Notes: generated by a model not told the origin, from the letters alone. DNA of 64,000 nucleotides from Phaeosaccion multiseriatum (GCA_965112735.1 OZ218958.1:558001-622000), one strand, 5' to 3'; shown: positions 20,125 through 35,379, counted from the first letter of the stretch. Numbers and translations are program-made.

Positions 20125-22888
20125 CAGTGGCAGCCGACGGTGATACACCAGCAGCAACAGCAGTTGGTAATACAGCCGCGTAGAGCAAGAGGAGCATGCC
20201 AAGAGGAGCCCAAAGAAGACCCGAAGCAGCAGCAGAGGCGTTAGTGAAGGGGAGGGAAGTGTATCGTGTCTACGGGTGGTCACCCTCGTACAGTTTCAGT
20301 TTCTGTCCTCCTTGGATTGGCCGCCTCTTCGGCTCCCATCAGCGGTATGCGAGCCACCCTCCTCTCCCTTCCTCCCTTCCTCCCTCCCTCCCCCCCTCCC
20401 TCCCCGCACCCCCCCTCACCCCCTCCCTCTCCTCGCCTACCTGACACAGCGTGTTGATGGCCTGCCTCTCCGCTGCTGCTCTCTTTGAGGGGTCAGCGCT
20501 GTTAATTTCTGCCAAGGTCCGACGGCGGCCCAGGAGGGTGGACACGAAGCCGTTACGCTGGCACGAGGCGGTGATTTCCGAAATGAGGCGTTTGATACCC
20601 GGGTAGGCCTGTATGCAGAGAGAGAGAGAGCACAGGGGAGGGAGGGAACCCGAGAGGGAGAGCAGGATAAGGGGAGAGGCACGCGGCAGCAGAGGGGAGG
20701 AGAGGGGGAAGGGAGGTGGGGAGGGGGAGAGAAGGGGAGAGAGCGGGAGAGAGAGGGAGAGAGATATCGTATGTATCGTATCCATATGTATGTATATATG
20801 CTTCCAGATGGCCCGCCCCGTTGGATCCCTCCCGGACCGGTCCGTTTCTCGCCCCTCCCTCCATCTCTCCCCTACACGCCTCCACCCACCTTGAGCAAGC
20901 TTGTCTGCAGGCCCCTCGCCTCCCTCTGTGACACGTTCAGCTCTGCGGCTAGGGATGTCGCCCCTTGACCGTACATCGTCGCGTAGGCTGCCTTCTTGGC
21001 TTGGTTGCGCATGGCGGGCGTCACTGGCGGGGGCAAGGTGGCGGCGGCTCCTGCTGTATCACCAACGGCTGCTGCTTTTCCTCCGCGACAGCTGTCAATG
21101 GCTTGACCACCTCCGCAGTCGTCGCCATGCATGTCAGCATCTTCTCCCTCTCCTTCTTCTTCCTCTTCCTCCCCGTGCATGAGAGCAGCAGCATCAGAAC
21201 TAGCACCAGCAGTTGGTGATCCAGCAGCACTGGCCCGGGCGATGTCTCGTGCCATGTTGGCAAATACGTCTCCGTCCCGCTGAGACAGGAGCGCACAGAG
21301 AGCGACGTCCTGGAGACACAACACGCGAGGCACAGCCAGGGGGAAGGGAGAGTAAGGCCATTTAACCATTTGAGAGAGAGAGACGTTCACTCACTCACTC
21401 ACTCACTCACTCCCTCACACACTCATTCATTCACGTACCTCACTCCCTCCCTACCTCTCCCGGCCCTCCCTCCCCCACCCGCTCACTCACCCACGCACCC
21501 ACTGACTCACTCGCTGACTCACTCTCTCTCACTCACTCTCTCACTCACTCACGCACGCACTTACTCACTCACTCACTCACTCACTCACTCACTCACTCAC
21601 TCACTCACTCACTCACTCACTCACCCACCCACCCATTCACTCCAGTACGTCAACCATACCTTGGAAAAGTGTGCCATAAGTCGCATCTCCACTTGAGAAT
21701 AGTCCGCCGATAGCAGCACGCAGCCCTTGGCAGCCTCGAAGGCATTGCGAAGGTTGATGCGAGAGGGCTCGAACCAGGGGCATGTGGCGTAACCCACCGC
21801 TGCCGTAGAGGCTGTATCACCAACTGCTGATGCTGAGGGCATTGGAATTGGTGGCACTGCCGATGCTATCGCTTCTGCTGTACCGCCTGCTGCTCTGCGT
21901 ACCCCCTGAGAAATTCCAAGCTCTCGTCCAGTTCCCGTTTGTGCTCCTGCTCCTGCTCCTACTCCTGCTCCTGCTCTTTCTCCAGTCGTCCCCTTGGTGC
22001 CGATACCAGTTTCAGTTTCAGTGCGGGGTACTCCTCTGGCCCTCCTCGGCCTGGGCAGCACGATGGCCGCCTCAAGCCTGAGCACCTTGTCCGCGGGGTA
22101 GCTGTAGAGCCTTCCCCAGTCCACGCCCACGTCCTCCTCCTCCTCCTCCTCCTCCTCCTCCTCCTCCTCCTCCTCCTCCTCCTCCTCCTCCTCCTCCACT
22201 TCCTCTCCGTGCTTCCGGTGCCCTTGGCCCATGCAGTACTGCTCGAGTTGTCGAGCGCTCACCCTCCTTCCTCCGAACTGCACCACAACCTGATTGACTT
22301 CCCTCGCCATCTGGGGGGAGTACGGGAGGCCCTTGGCGCCCCAAAAGTCACCCATGGACTGCCATCCTTCCTCCGATGGCGACGACGACGAAGGCGGAGG
22401 TGCTGTATCTGGTGGGCGCCCTGTGATGATACCCACGTGCGCTGTGACGCCACTCCTGCCTCTTTCACTCCTGCTCCCTTCTCGGGGTCTTGCCTTATCT
22501 CCCACTCTGCTGATTTCTGTTTGCTTCTCCGACGATGCTGGCGCTGTATCCCCAGTTGTTGTATCACCACCTGCTGCATCACCCTTTGCTGTTCCTCCTC
22601 GTGCTTGTCGTCCGTCATTGCCGGACCAACTCTCATCCGCACGTGTCCGTTTCCGCCCCTGTTCATCCATCACACTGCCTCCACCACCAGCAGCAGCAGC
22701 AGTTGGTGATACAGCGGCGCGGGGTCGCCACACGGCATCACAGACAAAGAGGTTGTCCAGCACTGCGACGAGGCGGCCCATCCTCATACTCGAGTGGTCA
22801 TCCGATGACACCACCATCACCTCCTGCCCCTCCTCGTCCTCCTCCTCCTCCTCCTCCTCCTCCTCCGCCCCCTCCTCTTCCTCCTCGC

Positions 22889-22921
<33 letters not shown>

Positions 22922-23014
22922 CACCATCAGTCTCAGCCCACCTTCTCCTCCTTCTGTAACGGCCACGCGTTCGTCGACCGCAGGATGCCGCTCCTCTACC
23001 CCTATCGCCACGAC

Positions 23015-23047
<33 letters not shown>

Positions 23048-25502
23048 GTCGTCGTCGCCATCTTGCCCCCTCTGAAGCAGCGATCCTGATCCTCGGAACC
23101 GCCGCCAATGAGTCCCAGGTCCTACTCTCCGACGACCCTCCTTCCCCTTCTTCTTCTTCATCTTGTTCGTCCCCTTGTTCGGTGGGGAAACGTTCCGCCC
23201 CACCTCCACCGCAGGCCTCCGACCCTGGCCCTGGCGCGGTGGTGGTTCCTTCCCCTTGCCCCCCTGGGCCTCCGTCTCTGCTTCCCCTCCTCCTTTTCCT
23301 CCTCTTCCTCCTCTCCTCAGCCATGTCGAACGCCCTAAGCTCTTCGTGCACTGACATTCGCCTCGAGCGATGCAGCTCCACCTCCCTGGGGAAGGTCTAC
23401 ATGCGGTGTAGATTTCACAGTTGGCATTTGATGGGGTATCAGATGAAAGCATAAGAGAGACGGAGAGAGGGTGACATAAAGAGAACAAGAAAGAGAGGGG
23501 GCGGGGGGTGGGAGAGAGAGGGAGAGCGAGAAAAAACCTAAAATTGAGCCCCACCTCTCACCTGAATGGCCGGCGCCACAAGGATGACTCTACCGGTGCT
23601 GGTGGCCGTCTCGGCGCTCGGGTGGATGCGGAAACTCGAAACTGTATCACCAACTGCTGCGGCTGCTGCCGTCCGCTGGTGGACCCCTCGCCAAGCGGCT
23701 GGCTGGCAGAGGACACTACTACTGCTGCTGCTGGTGGTGGTGGTGGATGACCAACTGCTGCAGGTCCTCCTGGCGCTCGACACCACCTCTCCCATCCTCG
23801 ACACCACGGCCACGAGCGAGCGATGCTCCTGAACCACACGCACGTACCGCTGCACAGCCTGTGGGGAGGGTGTGGGAGGGTGGTGAGTGCACATCACAAA
23901 CCCGTAAGCACACGTAAGCACACGCAAGTACACGTACTGGATTGTCGCTCTGCAGCAGGCCCAGGCTGGCGCTGTCCGACGGCCCTGTGAAGGTCCCTGC
24001 AGCAGTTGGTGCTCCACCCTTCCACCCAAGAGCTCTAGCAGCCCCCCCACCACCCGCAGCAGCAGTCGGAGTGGCGAAAGAGGAGGTGGAGGTAGACGTG
24101 TTGGTTGTACATCCTCCATTTGCGATTGTGACCCCTCCGAAGCCGCCTCGGTCCGTGGGCGCATAGAGGAGGTGCTGAATGAGCTTAGGACGAGTGAGGC
24201 TTTCCCCGCCTCTGGGGGCGAGGGAGTCTGCCTCTCTGCGAAGGTCGTCCAGTCGGAGCTGCGCCTGTCCGGGATGGGGTATGTATGTGTGTTTCGTGTA
24301 TATATATGCATGTATATATATAGATGAAGAGGGAGGAGAGAGAGAGAGAAGAGTGGGTGAGAGAGCAGTGACAGGGAAATAGAGTTTATCCGGGGTAGGT
24401 CAGTCGCTCAGGCACGCACGCGCACACTCTCTCTTCCTCTCCCTCTCTGTCTCTCTGCACACCTGCTGCTTATGGCCGAGCAGCCAACCGATGCGTAACC
24501 CCAAACCGGAAACACACATCTCAGCGACAGAGGCGAGCACGGGCATCTCCGTGAGGTGGAAAGGAGCGGTGAGGCCCTGGCGGTTCAGCTGGGATGGCAG
24601 TGGATGGCAGTGGATAGCAGGGAGGGAGGGAGGGAGGGAGGGAGGGAGGTGAGGAGGGAAGAAGGGAGTGAGTGAGTGAGGGAGGAAGGCAGGCAGGCAG
24701 GCAGGCAGGGAGTGCAAAACACGTCCTCTCTTCACTCACCTGCCTCTCGCGACTGGCCATTGCGTGCAGGGCAGAGGCGGCCTGCATAGCGCCGAGGTGC
24801 AGAGGGCTCGAGGGCACCTCCGGGATGACGGGCACCTTATCATATCATCACAGAATCAGAGCACGGAACACGGAACATTGCATGGAGGAACATTTGAACG
24901 GAACAATTGCGAGCATTGGGGAACGGAACAAAACTGATTTGAGCAATACGAAGAAGAGGAGCAAGACCCAGCGCTACTGTATAGGGTTGGAAGTGGGTCG
25001 GGTCTCTCCGGGTGTTGTTTGGTTGGGTAAGGATAGAGCTCCAATCACTCCACACTACAAGATGCCTACTCTCACCTGCTGCTGCTGTTGCAGATGCTGT
25101 GGCTGCTGCGACTTGTCCGATGGCGGGCACAGAAGCCAGTCCGCCACAAAGGGGTCTTCAAATGTTCCCTACAGTAAGTCACGGAGAGGGCAAGGGAGGA
25201 CCGTGAGGGGAAGGAGAGATAGAGTGAGCACCGGGGAGGGGGGAGGAGGAGGGCACGAAAGACGGGAGAGAGACAGACAGACATACTGTGTGTGTGAGAG
25301 AGAGGGAAAGAGAGAGAGATGTAAGTGCCATCCAGAAGTCCTCTCAGCCGCATAGGGCAAGTACACTGAAACTGAAAGCCAGCCCGCCGATCAAACGACC
25401 CTTATATACGGCCCTTCTTCTCCCCCCAGCGACGACGCAAAACCCTGAAGGCCGCAACGCCTCTCCTACTGTGACACGCTCTGCTGTGACACGCTCTCTC
25501 TC

Positions 25503-25571
<69 letters not shown>

Positions 25572-28500
25572 GTGTGTGTACATCTCCTCCTCGCCCCTTA
25601 CCCGCGGGTGCATGCCAAGCTGGCCCAAGCAGACCAGCGCCTCCTTCATGCCGAAAGTCACCAGCGCCACGGTTCTGGCCCTTCCCCTTCCTCCTCCTCC
25701 TCCTCCTCCTCCTCCTCCTCCTCCTCCTCCTCCTCCCCCTCCTCCTCCTCCTCCTCCTCCTCCTCCTCCTCCTCCTCCTCCTCCTCCTCCCTCCCCTGCT
25801 CCCTCTGTTTCTGTGGCTGCCCCCATGGCCCTACGCATAAGCTGCCATCGCCTGTCTCGCGCAAAGTCAAAGCTCAGCTGCTCCACCGCCAGCGCGTTCC
25901 ATCGCCTGCACAGCGACAGACATTCATGGTGGGATCCTCTTTGCATCGGAAACCCTCCTGGTCTTCGTCTCTTTCCTCCTCCTCCTCCTCCTCCTCCTCC
26001 TCCTCCTCCTCCTCCTCCTTCTCCTCCTTCTCCTCCTCCTCCTCCTCCTCCTCCTCCTCCTCCTCCTCCTCCTCCTCCTCCTCTTCCTTCTCCTTCCCGT
26101 CCACTGCCATCCTCCTGCGGCTGTCCTTCTTGAGTAGGCTGCATAAAGGGGTGGCAGGAGGATGGCAGCGGATGGCGGGGTGGAGGCGGCTGCATGGGTT
26201 GCATGGTACTGCTGGCGCTAGTACTGGTGTGGGCACCCCCCTCCAACCATTGAAAGACAGGGGGCCACAGGGCGTCGCCAACCGTGATCCCCCTTTCCTT
26301 GTCTGTATTTCGCCCTCCTCCTCCTCCTCCTCCTCCTCCTCCTCCTCCTCCTCCTCCTCCTCCTCCTCCTCCTCCTCCTCCTCCTTTCCTCCCTGGCGGC
26401 AGGAGCCAGCCAAAGCCCACAAAGCACGTTACGAGACGCACTGCCACTGGAGGGAGCTTGTCCTGCCACCCCACGCCCCCCACACCAGCAGCTGCAGCAG
26501 TTGGTGATACAGCAGCAGCCATGGCTGATGAGCCGGCTGGACAGCGCGCCTCCCCCCTCCCCCCCCTTCCACCCGCCTCGGAAGCTCGGCCCCATCCACT
26601 GCCATCCTCGAGCCAGCCGCGAGGTCTGGGAGGAAGGCACCTTGGCAGCGACAACACCGCGGCGCTCCATCCATCGATACTGACGGCCACCCCACACAAG
26701 CAGCTCAGCTTCATCTTTTGCTGCCAGCGGAGGTTCTCCTTCTGCTTCTTCGTCATACTCTTTTGCGAAGGAGGAAGAGGAGGAGGTCGGACAAAGGCTG
26801 CTCCCTCTCCTTTTCCTCCTTCTCCTCCTCCTCCGTCCAGCCAAGACCAGCCCACACCATCACCATCAACTGCCATCCCACCACCCCCACATGATCCGTC
26901 CGCATCGCTTACGTTCCATCGGGGCCTCTTTCTCCCTCGCAGCATCCCCGCGGCGGGGGCGCCCATCCCGCCCATCCTGCTGGCGGCCCCTCCTGACGAC
27001 GGCGCTGCTGTATCACCAACTGTTGCATGCGCCCCGCCAGAGCGAACGGTGGCCCCAATGACGGGAATGTTGCAGCACAGCGGCCGCCACTGATCCAAGT
27101 ACTCACGGTAGCGCTTCGCACGTACTGCTGCAGTAGTTGGTGATACAGAGGAAGAAGAAGAAGAAGAAGAAGAAGGAGAGCCTTTTCTTCCGGACCTTCT
27201 CCTCGAAGTGTCCGGGGGTAGACCGCTCGTCTCCCAAGGCGGCAGGGGAATATCTTTGCCGAGCAAGACGAAGGAGAAGCAGGGGGCGTGCAGCCATTCC
27301 TCCACAAAGCCCCTCCTCCCTCCCCTCTCGCTGTGCTGCTCCTGCGCCTGCTGCTGTACCACCAACTGCTGCTGCTGCTGTTGTCGCGCCTGCCGGCCCC
27401 GCTCGCACGCCACCCCTGCGGCAGTGGTGGTGGCCTCTGCCAAGAGGGCCGTGTCCTCCCCCTGTGAGAGGCATAAGAATGTGTTGGTGTTGCCCGTGCT
27501 GGCCGGGGGGACAGCGCTCGGGCTCAGAGCAGGAGTTGTGTTTGCAGCATGACAAGTTGAGGTGTTGGTTATACGAGCCGAGGAGCGCGTGGTGTGGGGA
27601 TCCTTCCCTTTGGACCGATGAGAAGCACGAGAGGTGTGGTACTTTGTCTTGTCCCGCCGGGCCTTGGTGCCTCTGGTGAGAGTCAGTCCTCCAGGGCTTG
27701 CCTGGAGCTTCAGCTGCTGTTTCTGCTTCTGCTGCTGCTGTACCACCAACTGCTGAAGCTGGTAAGGGTTGCTCGGCCTCTCTCGCTTCGGGACAGCCTC
27801 ATTTGCACTGCTGCTGCCACTACTGCCGCTGCTGCTACTGCTGCTGCTACCTTTGCTGCCAATGCCCCTCCTCTCGGAGTCCGGCAGCAGGGAAGCCTTG
27901 CCAATGTTGCGAGCCTTGCTACTGTCGGCTGCTGATGGTCGGGCTTGCCCTGCGCGGACTGCGCTTCGATAGCTCCTGCTCACACTTCTTCCTTCCTCCA
28001 CCCCTCCCTCCTCGCCGCTCCTGGTTATACCCCTTCCTGCCTCCACCCCTCCCTCTTCCCCGGCGCCGCTCCAGATGGCAGCCCTGGCTCCCTCGCTGCT
28101 CCTGGCGACGACGCTCGTCTCAAGGGGTTGCTGACTTTGACTCAAGGCATCACCCTTTGTGTCGACGTTCGCTGCCGCCGCCCACCGGGGGCACTCCTCC
28201 TCCCCACCGCCGCCTCTCTCAGACACCCGCGCTAAAGCTCCTTCTCCCCCTCCTCCTCCTCCTCCTCCTCCTCCTCCTCCTCCTCCTGCGCTTCCTCTCT
28301 CCTCCCCCCCATTCTCCTCCTCCTCCTCCTCGCCAGTACATGTGCCGTCGTCCTCCCCGGCAACCCCCTCCCCGTCTCTGCGAGAGATCATTGCCTTCAA
28401 AAGCCGATCCATCCGCGTCAATTCGTCGCCACTCTCGCTCTCATCGCCGCTCGTGTTGCTTCCGTCGCTCCCACTACTACTAGCACTGCTACTGCCACTG

Positions 28501-31500
28501 CAACTACTACTACTCCTCCTACTCCGACTCCGCCTCCCATTCCTACTACCCTCGCTGTCGTAGTCATCATCGCTCCCCACACCCACACCCCGACTGCTGT
28601 CTAATCGACACCCACCGCCATCGCCACTTCGCACAGTCGCCCTCCCATCGACTACCATCTGCCTCCCGTGGACTACCATCTGTCTCTGCCTCTCCACCAA
28701 GCCTCCTGTGTCCCTGCTGCCCGCATGGCCGCCCCTCCTCCCCCCCTCCCTCCTGCGACGGCGGTGCGCCCCCCCCCCCCTCCTCCTCCTCCTCCTCCTC
28801 CTCCTCCTCCACCTCCTCCTGCTGCTGGTGCTCCTCTTGCTCCTCCTCCTCCTGGAGAGGGTCTGGAGCCTGAGTAGGGCAGCAGAAGCAGAGCTTCCCT
28901 CTGACTCTGACTCTGACTCTGGCTCGCCGTTTGTGAATGGCGTAGCTTCATCTTTTGTAGCCCGGCCAACAAATTCGCACGCAGTGATGCATCCTTTCGA
29001 GTATTTTGCCGAATCTGACCATGCAATGAGGACGAGGGGGCGGGGAGGGAGATTCGTTCATTCCGAGAGAGAGACAGGAAGGAGAGAAGGAGAGAGAGCG
29101 AGAGAGAATGTGTGTACGAGAGAGAGAGGAAGAACAAGCATCCCTGCACACACACACACGCACAATCCCACACACGCACACACTCACGCACCCACCCACG
29201 CACGCACGCATACACCCACCCAACCACGCACACGCACGCACACACCCATTGACATAGCACGCACCAGCAGCTTGGCCTCTTGTGAGAGAAGACGTGCCCT
29301 CCTTGCCGCCTGCAAGTAAAGCGCGTCTTGCTGCCCCACCTGGCTACCTCTGAAGGGTCGCTGTTGACTTAGGAGGGAGGCGAGGCGGGCGAGAGGAAGC
29401 AGAGCCAGGCACGACACCGTACCTACCCCCTCACCCCTGTCCATTTGAGTTGTGATACAATGGGACGCACACAGCGGCAAGAGCAGAGCAGCGAGGCGTA
29501 TATTAGAGTGAGGGTGAGGGTGAGGGCGAGGGCGAGGGTGAGGGTGAGGGTGAGGGTGCGGGTGAGGGTGCGGGTGCGGGTGAGGGTGAGGGTGAGGGTG
29601 AGGGTATGGGTGAAGGTGAGGGTGAGGGTGAGGGCGAGTAGGGGTGAAGGTGAGGGTTAGGGTCAGGGTGAGGGTGAAGGTCCGGAGTCCCAGTCAGGGC
29701 CAGAGTCAGAGTGAAGGTGAGCGAGCGGGTTAGGGTGACCGCTCTTTGCTCGGTCCTGCCTCAAGGTCTACTGAACTGAAACTCAAAGTGATCGCTCACT
29801 TACCACAGGGCTCGAGCCTCCTCCAGGGTGAGGGAGGGCAGCTGCAGCAGGGGGAGCAGTTGGTGATCCAGCTGCTTCACCCGGGCCAGCGCTGGAGCCT
29901 GTGCCATGAGGAAGGTACGCAGGTGACTGCAGCGAGCCAGGGTGAGGGGTGAGGGTGGGGGTCAGGGTCAGGGTGAGGATGAGGGTGAGGGTAAGGATGA
30001 GGGCGAGGGTGAGGTTGAGAGAGTGAGGGTGAGGGTGGGGGTGAGGGTAAGGATGAGGGTAAGGGTGAGAGCGTGAGGGTGAGGGTGGGGGTGAGGTTGA
30101 GGGTATGGGTGAGTGTGAGTGTGAGGGTGAGGGTGAGGGTGAGGGTGAGGATGAGGGTGAGGGTGAGGATGGGGGTGAGAGTGAGGGTGGGGGTGAGGGT
30201 GGGGGTGGGGGTGAGGGTGAGGATGAGGGTGATGTTAAGGGTGGGGGTGAGAGAGTGAGGGCGAGGGTGAGGGTGGGAGTGAGTGTGAGGGTGAGAGAGT
30301 GAGGGTGAGGGTGGGGGTGAGAGTGAGGGTGACGGTGAGTGAGGGTGATGTTAGGGTGAGGGTGAGGGTGAGGGTGAGGATTAGGGTGAGGGCGAACAGA
30401 CGGGAAGAAATCCATGGAAGAAATGGACGTTGCAGCAGAGAGAGAGAGCGAGGGGAGGGGACAGACACTACGAGAGAGAGAGACGTGTAAATAAGAGAGA
30501 GCACACAGAGGGAGAGAGGGTGGGCAGAGAGCAGGACCAAGGCCCTGACAACGAGCAGCTTGAAGCTTCAAGTTCCCTCTACTTGCCTCCAGCCGACCTC
30601 CTTGAGAAAGGAAGAGACAACACCTCCAAACGACGCCGCACTTTGAATCAACGTCTGCACCTGTCCCAGATGGTGGTGTGTGTGTGCGTGTGTGTGTGCG
30701 TGCATGAGGGGGAGTATATAATAATGCGGAGCGCATACGGACGGGCCCGGTGTGAGTGAGGAGTGAGTGAGGCCGTGGGTGAGTGAGTGAGTGGGCGGGT
30801 GGGTGAGGGAGTGAATGAGTGAGTGGGTGGAATGAATAATTTAGTTGAGTAAGTACGGTACCTGCTGTTTGCGCACGCCGTACTCTTGCGCAGCCTTGGC
30901 GACGTCCTCGTGTTGGAGACACACCTTATACAGCAGCAGCGCCTGCCACAGCCGCTGCGCCCGCCACACCTTCAAAGCCGCGGTAAAGGGCGCACCCTGC
31001 TGGGGCGAAGGTCTTCTCCTATTGGCACCTGCTGCTGCCGCTGTACCACCAACTGCTGCAGATGCTGTATCAACAACTGCTGCAGTTGATGCGGATGCCG
31101 CAGCTGCTGCACATGCCTCTGCCTGCCGGGCACTGAGGGCCGGGAGAGAGGCGGTGGTGACGAAGGGTGGGGGCCGGGATGCCCATGCACGAACGTTGTC
31201 CATCTTCATCTCGAGGCGACTCAGGAGGGACTGTGTTGCCACCGGTGACTCCATCTTCAGCTTGAGGCACACGTACACCCATACACACAGAGAGAGAGAG
31301 GGAGGGAGAGAGAGGGAGGAGTGAGTAAGGCAAGGAGAGAGAAAAAAGGGAGGGGGAGTGAGTAAGTGAGAGAGAGGAACAAAGATGAGGAAAAAAGGGA
31401 GTGAAAGGACCACCCCTCTCTGACTTACTACCAACTTGCACATCAATGAGATCTATTCCTCACCTGCTCGAGCATCCTCAGTAGCGTCGGCCACTTGGGC

Positions 31501-33916
31501 TGTGCGAGGGGCCTCTCCTGCTGTACGGGAGTGAGCAGGTACACCGCGTGCAGGGGATGCTTGGAGCAGAAGCCCTGAGGGAGGGAGGGAGGGAAGGAGG
31601 GAGGGAAGGAGGGAGTCAGTAAGCCAATTAAAAAAAGGTTCCTTGCTCGAGCTGTGGTGATAGCCCTCCCTCTCTCGCTCTGTATCACCAACTCCCTCAC
31701 CTTATTGGCTTGGTGCAGGTCGTGATACACAACGAGGGCATGCTCCGGCCTCAGAGAGGAGCGCAGGAGGGCGGTTCCCAGCTTTGTGGGCCGCAGCAGA
31801 CGAAGACGGACGACCCAATCTTGATGCCCAAGACCCGATGCAGTTGGTGATATAGAGGTGGAGGCGTTGTCGCGGCGCAGCTCGGCCCGTACCCTCTGAA
31901 CATCGATCTCGATATGTTCTTCAATGTCGACGTGCACGATTTCCTCCCTCAGCAGCGTCTCCACAGCTCCTTGCGTGGCCGCTGCGAGGAGTCTTAACCC
32001 TTCTGCAGTAGAAGTGCCCTGAACATGAACCAGACCCTGGCCCGAAACCTGCTCCTGACCCTGGCCTTGAGCCTGGCCCTGACGCTGACCCCTGTCTTCT
32101 TGCCGCTGCTGCTGCTGCTCGTGCTGTACGACCAACTGTTGTCGATTCATCTGCTGCTGTATGACCAACTGCTGCCGATTCATCTGCACGTACCACAGAG
32201 AGCATCGAACAAAGTCGAGGGCCTCCTCCCAGCTCGACACAAGGCCGGTGGCCACCCCCTCCAGCACCAGCTGTAGAACAGCAGATGCCACCACTGCAGT
32301 TGGCGACGACGACGACGACGACGACGACGATGATGATGATGAGGAGGAAGGTTTCCGAGTGGAGGAGGAGAAAGACGGCACCCCCCTCCCCCTCCCGCCC
32401 CCTCTCTCCAGCATGGTACTCATGCACGGCAACAGCTCCCCCTTCATGAGGCTGAGGGCGCGTGTGAGCTCGGCGGGGCTGGAGGCGAGGAGAATTGACT
32501 CTCCCACTCCACTGCTGCAGCTGCCCGCACGCCCTGCCCGACCGGCCATTTGACGATAAGCTCCGGGGCCGAGGTAGTGCGGGCCCATCTTCATGCTTCG
32601 GAAGACTACGCGTGTCGCAGGGAGGTTCACACCTTTTTTTCGGGGTGTGAGTTGTTGGGTGGGTGGGCGGGAGGGTGGGGTAGGTAAGTGAGTGAGTGAT
32701 GAAGGTGGGTGCGTGATACCTTCCTTCCTCCCTTACCCCCCTTTATGCCCCTTCCCCCTCCCACCCCCATATGCCTCTTGCTGACCTGCCTCTCCTCAAG
32801 CAATTGTCAAACATTGTCAAGCCTTGCTTACACACACACTTTCAGTTCCGTGATTCCTACCAAGTCCATGAATATCCTCGCCTTACTTACTGTACCTGCA
32901 CTGAGCGTGGACGTGGCGACGAGGACGAGCAGGACCTTGTCTCTGTAGGCCTGTTCGATGGCATCCCTGAGAGAGGCATATGGGCAAGGAAGAGTAGAGG
33001 CATATGGGAGGCGAGAATAGAGAGTGAGGCATTGCGTATTGTGTCCACGCAACGTGCCCCCTCCGACTAAGCTGAAACTGCAACTGACCTCTCCACTTGT
33101 CCCAGCCCCGCATGGTGCACTCCCACGCCGCCTAAGATGAGCTTCTTCAGCAAAGGGTCAATCAAGCTCACTCGATCATCAGGGATGGCAGACCCCGACC
33201 CTGCGGGCCCCGACCCTGCCCGTGCCCCACCTGCTGCTGCTGCTGCGGCTGCTGCTGCTGCCTCTGTCGCTGCTGTGGCGGCTCTTTCCTTGGAGCGCTG
33301 AAAGTCGTCGCTGCCCATCTTGAGGCTTTGGTGCAGTCGCTCGAGCACCCCTTCGCGGCGGGCCATGATGGCCTTGGACGTGGACAGGGATGGGTTGATA
33401 AACGACTCCGACCCACCTCCTCCTCCTCCTCCTCCTCCCGACGACACAGCTCCAGCACCCGCCCCCTTTCTAGTCCTGACACCAGCAGCGGCACCAGTAG
33501 TGGCGGCCGTGGCTGCTGCTGCTTTGCTGAGCTGGGCAGCAAGCAGAAGTCCGCAGTTATCGCATTGGTCTTTGGAGGGGCAGAACACTATGACCTGTGG
33601 ATGGGTGGGTTCATTGGTTGGTTCGTTGGTTGGTTGGTTGGTTGGTTGGTTTGTTGGTTGGCTGGCTGGTTGGTTGGTTGGCTGGCTGGTTGGTTGGTTG
33701 GTCACCCACATTCACCCACCCATCCACCCACACCTAAACACACCCTCACCCACCCACGCACCCACCCATTGACATAACAGACCTGCTCATTGGCCCTGCA
33801 TGTCTCCAACACGAGGGTGACAAGATGGTCGGGATTGGAGGCGGAGTCGGGCTTGCCAGCCTTCAGGCGCCGCGAAACGTTCCCGTCCTTCCTGTAGATG
33901 AGGTGTTCTGAGGGAG

Positions 33917-33985
<69 letters not shown>

Positions 33986-35302
33986 CATGTGTGTGTGCGT
34001 GTGTGTGAGTTGGGGGAAGGAGAGAGAGGGGAGGGAGGCACTGAGCAGCAAGAAAAAAAAGTCATGGGACAGGTGGTGTGTGTAGGGATTGAAGAGGGAA
34101 AGAGACCCTATGCCCTCATGCCCTCCCTCCCTCCCTCTGTATCACCAACTCCCTCACCGTGCTTGACGAACTCCTGCAGCATGACGGGACGGAAATCAGT
34201 GACGAAGAGATGTGCGTTGAGCCACAGCGCCAAGTCCTCTCCATTTCGAAGCGTAGCGCTCATGCAGATGAGCTGAGTGCTTCTCCCTACAGCAGTTGGT
34301 GATACAACAGTCGGTGCTTCTTTGTTGTCGTTGTTGTTGGTGGTGCTGGAGGTCCCCAGTGGTCCTGATCCACTCACGTTGGGTGCAGAAAGCCCCGCCT
34401 CGCCGGGAAGCGCCCCCGTGGGACCGCGAACACCGCGGTTGCTGCTGCCCTTGACGCATGCAATGTTGCGTTGAACCCCGCTCTCTTGGAGTACCAACTG
34501 CTGCAGCTGGCGCACCTGCCCCCCCCACTCCTGGCCACCTCTCCCTGTAGTCATGTACGATCTTCGCTCCTCTGCCCCGAGTTGAGTGGCCCTGGCAGGG
34601 GGGCCCAGATTGGGGGCCTTGGCGATACCCAAAGACGTGAAGAGCCCCCGCTTCGTCCTGAGTTTTTCGTTGTAAGGATTCTCCACCCGCCTCCGCTCTT
34701 TCGACTGGCCCTCGCCCTCGTCCTTTTGCTCCTGCTCAAGCTTTACCCCGCCTACTATTGGTGCCGCTGTGGCACCAACGGCTGTAGCTACTGCTCTATC
34801 ACCACCTGCCATAGCTGCCGGTGCTGCCGCCCGGCCCTCCCCACCCCCCCCTCCTCCTACTTCCCCTTCCTTTGCCTCAATTGGCAACATGCGCTTTGAA
34901 TCATCCTTCTCAACACCCACGCACCCCATCCCTGAAGAACTTGCTGCAGCAGATTCGGCATCGCCGTCTTTCCCAATTCTCCGAGGCGCATCTCCATCTG
35001 CATCCCCTCCTTCCTTCCCCTCCCCGTGTTGGTGATACGCCGAGGCCCCATGTGGAGGCAAAAGCGGCTGCTGCTGTGCCACCAACTGCCGCTGCTGCCG
35101 CTGTATCACCAACTGCTGCATCTGCTCCAGGTAGCGCAGCTTGGTGAGGAACACCTCCAGCACGAGACCTCTGCCCGCCTCCCCAACCATGTGCAGCTCG
35201 TCCACCACCACCGCCGCCAGCAGAGGGGGAGGAGAAGCAGGAGGATGGCAGTGGATGGGAGGAGGAGGAGGAGGAGGACGAGGGCTTGCATCAAGGTGAT
35301 GA

Positions 35303-35379
<77 letters not shown>

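Noticed and set aside
28673-29014. Apparent frameshift in POLQ, suggesting a pseudogene or programmed frameshift
   Set aside because: It coincides with a C12 homopolymer and (CCT)n tract, and all catalytic motifs on both sides are intact. A sequencing indel or an unrecognised splice is more likely; reads are needed.
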